A stretch of DNA of 64,000 nt from Candidatus Latescibacterota bacterium (GTDB lineage Bacteria > Latescibacterota > UBA2968 > UBA8231). Under the pieces are notes generated by a model, which worked only from the letters and a program-made list of their open reading frames with translations, searched no databases and was not told the DNA's origin. The stretch lies in assembly GCA_965215195.1 (NCBI GenBank), contig CBDCDC010000002.1, positions 4,512,001 through 4,576,000 of the forward strand, read 5' to 3'. Within the stretch, counting starts at the first letter, position 1. Each line of letters opens with the position of its first letter. The position numbers and the translations under genes were made by a program. Below are positions 36,419-45,072 of this stretch, piece after piece.

Positions 36419-37474
36419 TTGCAACAAAATACTCTTTACCTGACGACGCCGGGCACCGTAGTACACAGGGACCATCTGACGCTGCGGGTTGAGATCGAAA
36501 AGCAAACCCGTCTGACTGTGCCCATTCACCATTTGGAAAGCATTTGCGCGTTTGGGCAGGTCGTGGTTACGCCTCCGGCCATGGCCTTGTGCTGGGACCA
36601 TCAGGTGGCGGTGCATTACCACACCGAGAACGGCTATCTGCTGGCGCAAGTCTTGGGAAGCGGAGACACCCGCTACTTGCTGCGCCGGGCGCAGTATGCC
36701 GCGGCTGACAGCCCGCAGGAGGCATCGCGCATTGCCCGGCAATTCGTCGCTGGAAAGCTGCAAAACGCACGCTCCAATCTCTTGCGGGCCGGCCGGGAAG
36801 CTGAGGATGATGCAGATCGCACGGCCTTGGCGGACGTGGCTGACGAACTGGCTCAACTGATCCGCCAACTCGGCGATGCCCCACCTGTTGCTCCAGACTG
36901 CGGGCTTCGGGAGGCACTTGACCCGATCAGGGGCTTAGAGGGGATGGGTGCCAAGGCGTATTTCTCAGTGTTCCAATATATGCTCAAGCAACAGCGAGAG
37001 GATTTCAGGTTCGTAACCCGCTCGCGGCGTCCGCCTCGGGATCGGATAAACTGCCTACTTTCTTTTATATATGCTCTGGTCCGCCACGATTGTTTGGCTG
37101 CGCTGACGACCACTGGGTTGGACGCTTATGTCGGTTGGCTTCATGCAACGCGGGCGGGAAGGCCGGCTTGCGCCTTGGATCTAATGGAAGAGTTTCGGCC
37201 CTGTTTGGCAGAGCGGCTGGCGTTGACCCTGATCAATCGACGGCAGATCGAGTCCAAACACTTTCGCGAGCGGGAGGGCGGTGCCGTAGAATTTACCGAG
37301 CGAGGCAGGAAAGAGGTCATCCAAGCTTGGCAACGGCGCAAGCAAACAGAAGTAAAACACGCCCTGTTCAAGCAAAATATCCTTTTGGGGCAAGTTTTCA
37401 GCATTCAGGCCAAGTTGTTGGCTCGCAAGCTCCGCGGCGATGTCCCTGACTATATCCCCTTCATTCCTAAATAA
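36419..37474 (+). CDS. cas1: Cas1, type I-C
   Basis: NTLYLTT, RGLEG, RSRRPPRDRINCLLSF.Y, ALDLMEEFRP; TTG start after GGGAG. Confidence 0.95.
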   Translation: MQQNTLYLTTPGTVVHRDHLTLRVEIEKQTRLTVPIHHLESICAFGQVVVTPPAMALCWDHQVAVHYHTENGYLLAQVLGSGDTRYLLRRAQYAAADSPQEASRIARQFVAGKLQNARSNLLRAGREAEDDADRTALADVADELAQLIRQLGDAPPVAPDCGLREALDPIRGLEGMGAKAYFSVFQYMLKQQREDFRFVTRSRRPPRDRINCLLSFIYALVRHDCLAALTTTGLDAYVGWLHATRAGRPACALDLMEEFRPCLAERLALTLINRRQIESKHFREREGGAVEFTERGRKEVIQAWQRRKQTEVKHALFKQNILLGQVFSIQAKLLARKLRGDVPDYIPFIPK

Positions 37475-37764
37475 TGTTTATCCTGATCGCGTACGACGTT
37501 TCCACGACCGACCGTGCTGGGCAACGGCGGCTGCGCCAAGTGGCAAGAGCCTGTAAGGATTACGGCGTCCGAGTGCAGAAATCTCTTTTTGAATGCCAGT
37601 TGGGAAAAACTGAATGGGCGGCTCTCAGGAGTCGTCTGCTGAAAGAAATTGATCCTAAACAGGATTCGCTCAGATTTTATCATCTGGACGAAGACGCTAG
37701 GGATAAGACGGAGCATCACGGACTCGGTGAACCCGTGGACTTGAATGAACCACTGGTCTTATAG
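37474..37764 (+). CDS. cas2: Cas2
   Basis: LIAYDV, RRLRQVARAC.DYGVRVQKSLFEC, DSLRFY. Confidence 0.95.
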   Translation: MFILIAYDVSTTDRAGQRRLRQVARACKDYGVRVQKSLFECQLGKTEWAALRSRLLKEIDPKQDSLRFYHLDEDARDKTEHHGLGEPVDLNEPLVL

Positions 37765-37944
37765 CGTGCGCGAAAGTGGAGTGACGGCGTTTTGCGCTTG
37801 CTTTCGCGCTGTTAGTAACTTTATGGCTAACAATAAGTTACAGCGAGGAATATGCTCTCGCTTTGGTAGTAGGATGCCTGAGAAAGGAGGTTCGCGCATC
37901 CACTTGTGTAACCTGTTGGTATTCCGCTGGTTACAGCAACCAGC
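37765..37944 (+). promoter_or_regulatory. CRISPR leader
   Basis: AT-richer 180-bp gap between cas2 and repeat 1 containing GCGCGAA and inverted TTCGCGC; the degenerate repeat is at the far end. Confidence 0.75.
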
Positions 37945-40900
37945 GTCTCCCCTTGCTTCGGTGAGGGGAGCGGATTGAAACCACGACCTGGGCGCGCGCC
38001 AGCGGACCGGCCTGGGGTCTCCCCTTGCTTCGGTGAGGGGAGCGGATTGAAACGCATTGTCACGTGTTCGTCAGATTGTAGCACCCGGTCTCCCCTTGCT
38101 TCGGTGAGGGGAGCGGATTGAAACATTCGTCGTCCACCGGCTGGCCCCGAAAAACCTGGTCTCCCCTTGCTTCGGTGAGGGGAGCGGATTGAAACGCCGT
38201 CGGAGGAGCCGGCCTGCTCAAAAGCGACCGGTCTCCCCTTGCTTCGGTGAGGGGAGCGGATTGAAACTCGGGATCCTATTTCGATTTGTGGCACCAACAG
38301 GGGTCTCCCCTTGCTTCGGTGAGGGGAGCGGATTGAAACACGGCCGAGGACACGACGACGACCCAGACCTACACGTCTCCCCTTGCTTCGGTGAGGGGAG
38401 CGGATTGAAACAAAAATGGAAGCATCGATAGAGGCCTCGGCGGGGGTCTCCCCTTGCTTCGGTGAGGGGAGCGGATTGAAACCTCTGATTTTTCTGTTTG
38501 ACTGCTCTGCGCTTTCTGTCTCCCCTTGCTTCGGTGAGGGGAGCGGATTGAAACCTCGACAATCTCCTGCCTAGCGGCGTTGCCTTCCGTCTCCCCTTGC
38601 TTCGGTGAGGGGAGCGGATTGAAACTTTTTAGCCCAAGCGGGTTCTCAGCCGCAGCCGCGTCTCCCCTTGCTTCGGTGAGGGGAGCGGATTGAAACAAGC
38701 AGAAGTCGAAGCGAAGATTGGGAAGTGAACAAGTCTCCCCTTGCTTCGGTGAGGGGAGCGGATTGAAACGCGCACGACGACCGAGATCGCCACGGACTCG
38801 TATGGGTCTCCCCTTGCTTCGGTGAGGGGAGCGGATTGAAACAGCGGTGCCGCGGGGGGCAAGCCGTGCAGCTGGCGTCTCCCCTTGCTTCGGTGAGGGG
38901 AGCGGATTGAAACTACATCTAGAAGACAGCCGCATCGGGTGGTCGCCGTCTCCCCTTGCTTCGGTGAGGGGAGCGGATTGAAACAGCATCCCGCCGGGGA
39001 CCCAGAACCCTATCCAGCGTCTCCCCTTGCTTCGGTGAGGGGAGCGGATTGAAACAAGCGGTAGCTGGTCCCTGCAAGGCAGGGGTGAGGGTCTCCCCTT
39101 GCTTCGGTGAGGGGAGCGGATTGAAACTTTGACCCGGCGACGGCCGACCAGTCGGCGTTCCGTCTCCCCTTGCTTCGGTGAGGGGAGCGGATTGAAACAT
39201 AAAAATCGGGACCGGCGGATGTCGGAACCTCCAGTCTCCCCTTGCTTCGGTGAGGGGAGCGGATTGAAACGATGCTACCCCTACCTATAATGATCTTGGC
39301 CATGGTCTCCCCTTGCTTCGGTGAGGGGAGCGGATTGAAACTTGGCCGAGGCGTACCTCCACAACACGGCTCGATGTCTCCCCTTGCTTCGGTGAGGGGA
39401 GCGGATTGAAACACTATAACGTACGAAATTGAGGGGCTCCCCGACTGGCGTCTCCCCTTGCTTCGGTGAGGGGAGCGGATTGAAACTCATTCGCCTATCT
39501 CCCTCGCGTTTGAAAATGAAGTCTCCCCTTGCTTCGGTGAGGGGAGCGGATTGAAACATGTAGCGCGTTGCGTCCGTGCCCGTATCCGCTTCGTCTCCCC
39601 TTGCTTCGGTGAGGGGAGCGGATTGAAACGCATCGATATTGGTGCCCGAATTTGTTGCACACATGTCTCCCCTTGCTTCGGTGAGGGGAGCGGATTGAAA
39701 CTCATTCGCCTATCTCCCTCGCGTTGAAAATGAAATGTCTCCCCTTGCTTCGGTGAGGGGAGCGGATTGAAACCCGGACCCGGAGGCGGCCACCGTCCTC
39801 TCGTGGCTGTCTCCCCTTGCTTCGGTGAGGGGAGCGGATTGAAACGCGTACAGCACGGAGGGAAAGCCGGACTGGCTGAGTCTCCCCTTGCTTCGGTGAG
39901 GGGAGCGGATTGAAACCACTACTGTTTCCTTCCGAAGGGAGAGTAACGCCAAAGTCTCCCCTTGCTTCGGTGAGGGGAGCGGATTGAAACGTATAATTGT
40001 ATCTTCTAACAAGACGAGGTCGAGGGTCTCCCCTTGCTTCGGTGAGGGGAGCGGATTGAAACCTGCCGTCTGCTGCGTCTTTGTCCTAATCTGACCTGTC
40101 TCCCCTTGCTTCGGTGAGGGGAGCGGATTGAAACAGTATTTCGTGCGCTTGCCCACCGAGCTCGCGTCGTCTCCCCTTGCTTCGGTGAGGGGAGCGGATT
40201 GAAACGGGCATCCCCTTGGATACCTACCGAGCGGCCCCCGGTCTCCCCTTGCTTCGGTGAGGGGAGCGGATTGAAACAAAGGTTGCCCATTCCAGTGCTC
40301 CACCGAATACTCTGTCTCCCCTTGCTTCGGTGAGGGGAGCGGATTGAAACTGCTGCTCAAATGTATAGGAAAAATCGGCGACTATGTCTCCCCTTGCTTC
40401 GGTGAGGGGAGCGGATTGAAACTGCGAGAAAGATATACTCGCAGATCGTGCGCGTTGTCTCCCCTTGCTTCGGTGAGGGGAGCGGATTGAAACTGCGATT
40501 CATCAGGCGCGCGAGGGCCGAGTCGTAGGTCTCCCCTTGCTTCGGTGAGGGGAGCGGATTGAAACAGTTATCTACTTGGATAGCTGGCCAATTGCCGGGA
40601 TGTCTCCCCTTGCTTCGGTGAGGGGAGCGGATTGAAACATTGGCAAGGCGCAAATCTGCATTGGGATGCCGGCCGTCTCCCCTTGCTTCGGTGAGGGGAG
40701 CGGATTGAAACACGACGGACAACACGGTTCAAAAGGTCGCTCAGTCTCCCCTTGCTTCGGTGAGGGGAGCGGATTGAAACGTCGTTGGAGAGATTGCGAA
40801 AATTGCGGCTGTGCGTCTCCCCTTGCTTCGGTGAGGGGAGCGGATTGAAACGTCCAGCCGTCCGATTTTTCTTTGTCTCTCTTGGAGGTCTCCCCTTGCT

Positions 40901-40996
40901 TCGGTGAGGGGAGCGGATTGAAACCACTACTGTCAGCCTAACGAGTGAGAGCATATCTTGTCTCCCCTTGCTTCGGCGAGGGGAGTGGATTGAAAC
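37945..40996 (+). CRISPR. CRISPR array: 43 repeats of 37 nt (GTCTCCCCTTGCTTCGGTGAGGGGAGCGGATTGAAAC) and 42 spacers of 32-37 nt
   Basis: Counted by hand; the last repeat (40960-40996) carries T18C and C27T; ATTGAAAC 3' end. Confidence 0.99.
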
Positions 40997-40997
40997 T

Positions 40998-42293
40998 ATG
41001 AGCACCGAACATCACACCGTCATCATCGTCGGCGGCGGGCCGGCCGGCCTGCCGTTGGCGGTGGTCTTGGGCGGCTGGCATCCTTTCTTCCGCAACAGCC
41101 GCACGTTTGCCGCGCACTACGCGCCTCTCGCCGGGTACTTGCAGCAGTTCGACCGCACGCTGTTGGGGCTGGATATGCGCCAGCTCGCGCAGAGCGGCAT
41201 CAAGCCCGTCGATCTGTTTCGCGCCTTGCACCACCCGCGTCAGCTCTTTGAGGAACTGGACCAAGTCGCCATGGACTTTCGGCGCGGCGAGCCGCTGGAC
41301 GCGCTGCTCATCAGCCGCGAGCCGGTCGGCGGGTTGTGGAACCGAGCGCCGCAAAACCTGCTGACTCTGTCGCCGGGTCAGTGGATGGAGTTTGCCTTTT
41401 ATCCGCTGGCCCAGCACGCCGCAGAAGTCGGGCGCACCTTAGACGTCAACGCCCTGATTCTCAAAACCGATCTGATCGAGTACTATCACCGCGTACCCGA
41501 GCGCTTTGGGGTGGCAGAGCGCATTCGCACCTTTGAGGAGGTCGAGCGGATTGAGCCGCACGCAAGGGGCTTCCAACTCACCAGTCGGCACGTGCAAACG
41601 GGCGTTGAGCAGCGCTACACCTGTAAGTACTTGGTCCTCGCAACCGGCCAGCGCGGTCGGTTGCGTTCCCTCGGAGTGGAGGGCGAGGACTGGTCTTTTG
41701 TCACCGCGCACTACGACAAGCCCGCAGACTTCCCCGGCGAGCGGGTGATGGTAGTAGGCGGCGGGCGCTCGGGCGATTGGGCCGCGACCGAATTGCACGA
41801 CGCCGGCAAGCAGGTGTACTACGCCATGCGCCAAGGGCCAGCAGTGCATTGGCGGCTGATTGGCGACAGCCGCCACGGGCTGCCCTATTACCAGCGCATG
41901 GCCGCAATCCTCGAAAGCCGCTCGCCCCGGCTCAAAACCTTGTATCACACCCACGTGACGCAGATCGCCGAGGACGGACGGGTCGGGCTGCAAACGCCCG
42001 AAGGGGACCAAGTGGTGGAGGTCGATCACGTGATCAAGGAAGTCGGCGGCACGGCCGACTACTCGATCTTGCAGGGCTTTGCGCCGCTGACCCGGACGCC
42101 TATGCGCGACAACTACCGATTCCAAGTCGATCAAGTACAGACCCACGCCCACAACTACGAGTCGATTGACGTCCCCAACTTGTATCTCGGCGGCTACTTA
42201 GCGGCCGGAATCGGCCTCGTCGTCATTGCCATGCACGGTACTACCTACGCGATTGCCGGGGATATTCTCCAGAAAGAGGGGCGGCTCTTGTAA
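40998..42293 (+). CDS. FAD/NAD(P)-dependent oxidoreductase (FMO/OSGIN-like)
   Basis: VIIVGGGPAG, GGLW, YLVLATG, VMVVGGGRSG.WAA, NLYLGG. Confidence 0.8.
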   Translation: MSTEHHTVIIVGGGPAGLPLAVVLGGWHPFFRNSRTFAAHYAPLAGYLQQFDRTLLGLDMRQLAQSGIKPVDLFRALHHPRQLFEELDQVAMDFRRGEPLDALLISREPVGGLWNRAPQNLLTLSPGQWMEFAFYPLAQHAAEVGRTLDVNALILKTDLIEYYHRVPERFGVAERIRTFEEVERIEPHARGFQLTSRHVQTGVEQRYTCKYLVLATGQRGRLRSLGVEGEDWSFVTAHYDKPADFPGERVMVVGGGRSGDWAATELHDAGKQVYYAMRQGPAVHWRLIGDSRHGLPYYQRMAAILESRSPRLKTLYHTHVTQIAEDGRVGLQTPEGDQVVEVDHVIKEVGGTADYSILQGFAPLTRTPMRDNYRFQVDQVQTHAHNYESIDVPNLYLGGYLAAGIGLVVIAMHGTTYAIAGDILQKEGRLL

Positions 42294-42327
42294 CTTTTCC
42301 CCGCTTGGTGCAATGCGGCGAACTGAG

Positions 42328-43362
42328 TCAGCGATCTCCTAGGTCCACCCACGCTCTACCTTCGCATCCGATGTACTCGGACTGCGGTCGAAAAATTCGC
42401 CCCACTGCGTCCTGTTCGCGGCAGTGCGCAATCCAGCCAGCCATGCGAGTTGCGGCGAAGGTGCAGCTAAACAGCTCGGACGGGATGCCGAGTTCGCTTA
42501 GCAGAACGGCCGTATAGAACTCGGCGTTGGCGAACAAGTGCCGGCCCGGCTTGTATTCCTCCAGCAGCCGCACGGCCTCTAATTCCACAAATCTGGCCAA
42601 GTCGAACAGGCCTGGGTCTCCTTTGGCCACGCACAGCTTCTCAGCGGCTCGTGCGAGGATGGCCGCTCGGGGATCCCGCACCTTGTACTCGCGGTGCCCG
42701 AAGCCCATCAGGCGTTCACCGCGGTCGAGCGCATTTCTAAGGCAGGATTCTGCGTGGTCGGGAACGCCGATTTGCCGTAGCATGGCCAAGGCCGGCTCGG
42801 GTGCGCCGCCGTGCAGCGGGCCTTTTAAGGCACCGAGTGCGCCGCTGACGGCCGACTTCCGATCAGAGCGCGTCGAAGTGATGACGCGAGCGGTGAAGGT
42901 TGATGCGTTCATGCCGTGATCGACCATCGCGTTGAAGTAGGTGTCCAGCGCACGGGCCATGGCCGCGGTTGGCCGGCGGCCTGACAGCATGTAGAGGAAG
43001 TTCTCGGCAAGGCGAAGTCCCGGCTCCGGCTGAATCGCGGATTTTTGAGCCATCAAGCGCCACGTGGCAGCGACGATGACCGGGGTGGCACCCACGAGCG
43101 CGACATCCGCCTCCGCGCCCTCGAAGCGGAGCGAATCAAGGGCCAGTCGCAGTACGTCAATTGGCTTCTGTTCAGCTCGGACAGCGGCCTCAATCAAAGA
43201 CTGGGTGCATCCGGGCAGGGACCAGCTCGACAGCCGAGCGCGGAATGTCTCGAGCTGCGCGCAGTTTGGAAGCTGGCCATGCCACAGCAGGTAGGCCGTT
43301 TCCTCGAAGTGCGCGTTGGGGGCAAGTTCCGGCCGCATCATCGGCTGGGTCGCCCATGCCAT
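42328..43362 (-). CDS. Citrate synthase/methylcitrate synthase, N-terminally truncated
   Basis: DHGMNASTF, GPLHGGA, LMGFGHREYKVRDPRA, ANAEFY, R.AGWIAH; usual GLEGV..IDG..L.YRG start absent. Confidence 0.75.
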   Translation of the reverse strand: MAWATQPMMRPELAPNAHFEETAYLLWHGQLPNCAQLETFRARLSSWSLPGCTQSLIEAAVRAEQKPIDVLRLALDSLRFEGAEADVALVGATPVIVAATWRLMAQKSAIQPEPGLRLAENFLYMLSGRRPTAAMARALDTYFNAMVDHGMNASTFTARVITSTRSDRKSAVSGALGALKGPLHGGAPEPALAMLRQIGVPDHAESCLRNALDRGERLMGFGHREYKVRDPRAAILARAAEKLCVAKGDPGLFDLARFVELEAVRLLEEYKPGRHLFANAEFYTAVLLSELGIPSELFSCTFAATRMAGWIAHCREQDAVGRIFRPQSEYIGCEGRAWVDLGDR

Positions 43363-43448
43363 TGAGCAGTATCAGACCGGACGCCTAATCCGGCCGCGCG
43401 CCAAGTACACGGGACCGGATCCACGCCGTGCGTCGGGTTAATTCTGCG

Positions 43449-43697
43449 TTAGAGAATGCCCCCGCCTAGGACGAGGCGGATGATGCCAAAAAACAGGGCC
43501 ACAATGCAGCACACTAAGCCAGCGATGCCGCAGCTTTTGGAGCTGTTGCCGGCCGTGGCCAGCGCGATGCCGCTGACGATGATGCCGACGCCGGCAAAAG
43601 GTATGTTGAGCCAGTTTAGTGCGCCGAGACACGGGACGAACCCCACGACCATGCCAACAATAGCCAGAATTCCCCACAGCAAACTAAGCACCTGCAT
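43449..43697 (-). CDS. Small membrane protein
   Basis: 82 aa with three hydrophobic segments; AGGAG RBS. Confidence 0.7.
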   Translation of the reverse strand: MQVLSLLWGILAIVGMVVGFVPCLGALNWLNIPFAGVGIIVSGIALATAGNSSKSCGIAGLVCCIVALFFGIIRLVLGGGIL

Positions 43698-44836
43698 GAT
43701 GGTATCTCCTTTTGTGCATTTGACGCAGCAAGAAACCTGCGACCCCTAGCTGATTGGCGAGCAAGGCACCATACAAGGCGACCGCAAATTCAGCAGCGTA
43801 AGCGATGAGGCACTTTGCCGTGCGGTCCCGAGCCTGCTCGATTAGGCATCTGCGTCTTCAATACCGCAGGCATCGACATAGACGCTTAACAGGCGCTCCT
43901 GAAGCAAATTGCGCCCACCGGTTTCGACCGCGGCTTTGTCGAGACTAAAGAAAAACTCAAGCGCGGCATCGTCACCCACTCTGGCTGCGTAGGCCTCTGC
44001 CAGGCAACCAAAGAGCACTTCGAGGTTGAGTGGGGGTTTGAGACGGTGCTGGGCAAGAAGCTCGACGACGAGCCGGATGGGATCGTCGCCACTGGGATCT
44101 GCCGCACCCGTGGTTAGTGGCACCCCTTGAGCCAGATGCAGAAAAACGAACTCAAGGCATTCTCTGAGCAATCCGGGTTCACGGTCTTCAAGCTCAGCGA
44201 GCCATGCGGCTTCCGCCGCGCTGACCCGCCTTTTCGGGATTATGACAGCACTTCGCCGCAATAAAACCCATAGACGGGCGATCAACCAACAGGCGCCCTG
44301 AAACAGGATTACTGCCAACTGCACCAGGAAGAGGAAAAGGTGGACTATCAGTTGCAGCAAAGCAACGACCAGATGAATATAGACGGCATTCTTTCCGCGC
44401 ACCTGGATACCTCCAATCTTGGCGCTCGAATACCGCGGTTTGAGCAAGTTGAAGGTTCCAACCGACGTCCTGCTCGAGACCGAAAGGCCGCTCTTCGACA
44501 GATTGAGTTTGAGCGGCCCTTTGCCGTAGCGTCCACGCAAGACGAAACGCCCGTTTTGCAGAGCCGCTTGTGTACCTTTGGCGATCCGCGTTGATACGCG
44601 CATACCGTGACTGGAGTTGGCCGTTAAGTTGACCCCCGCTGCCTTTGTCTGAGTACGCAAAGCAACCCCTCCGGTTCGGCTTGCCCGAAGGTATTTGCCG
44701 CGGTATTCAATACGTTTTAACCGGCCGTCTGCATCTCGTTCCAACAATGATGGTATCTCCTTTTGTGCATTTGACGCAGCAAGAAACCTGCGACCACTAG
44801 CTGATTGGCAAGCAAAGCTCCATACAAGGCGACCGC
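43696..44836. repeat. 90-bp direct repeats (43696-43785 and 44747-44836, 86/90 identical) flanking an inserted gene
   Basis: Hand alignment shows 4 substitutions and no indels. Confidence 0.9.
43842..44747 (-). CDS. Hypothetical protein with basic beta-rich N-terminus (DUF4236-like LNLSKSG), one TM segment and helical C-terminus
   Basis: 301-aa ORF lying between the direct repeats; AT-richer than neighbours. Confidence 0.6.
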   Translation of the reverse strand: MLERDADGRLKRIEYRGKYLRASRTGGVALRTQTKAAGVNLTANSSHGMRVSTRIAKGTQAALQNGRFVLRGRYGKGPLKLNLSKSGLSVSSRTSVGTFNLLKPRYSSAKIGGIQVRGKNAVYIHLVVALLQLIVHLFLFLVQLAVILFQGACWLIARLWVLLRRSAVIIPKRRVSAAEAAWLAELEDREPGLLRECLEFVFLHLAQGVPLTTGAADPSGDDPIRLVVELLAQHRLKPPLNLEVLFGCLAEAYAARVGDDAALEFFFSLDKAAVETGGRNLLQERLLSVYVDACGIEDADA

Positions 44837-45058
44837 CCCTCGATTATAGATACGGGCTGCGGCAAAGTCGCCCCGTGCCATGGCCGCGAACGCGCGCGTC
44901 ATGCCGCACAAAGCGCACGTTTCCCCGCTGCGATGCGGCACCTTAAAAGCCTCACTCGCGGCAAAAAGCGTTTCCTCCGGCACGAGATAGGGCGCAATCA
45001 GTAAAAAAAGCAGCATAGCTGAAGCCACTACCCACGCCGCAGTAAGGGTCCTCTGCAT
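44717..45058 (-). CDS. DUF2752-like small membrane protein
   Basis: MQRTLTAAWVV...CALCGMTRAF.AM.RGDF.AA..YN. Confidence 0.65.
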   Translation of the reverse strand: MQRTLTAAWVVASAMLLFLLIAPYLVPEETLFAASEAFKVPHRSGETCALCGMTRAFAAMARGDFAAARIYNRGAVALYGALLANQLVVAGFLLRQMHKRRYHHCWNEMQTAG

Positions 45059-45072
45059 TTGGTTGTCTCGCT

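Noticed and set aside
37982-40959. Self-targeting spacers within the window
   Set aside because: None recognised by eye; spacer 16 shares only AGGGGTGAGG with ~29264. An exhaustive search was not possible
37827-41005. Many minus-strand ORFs with FQSAPLTEARGD / FNPLPSPKQGET repeats
   Set aside because: Translations of the CRISPR repeat, not proteins
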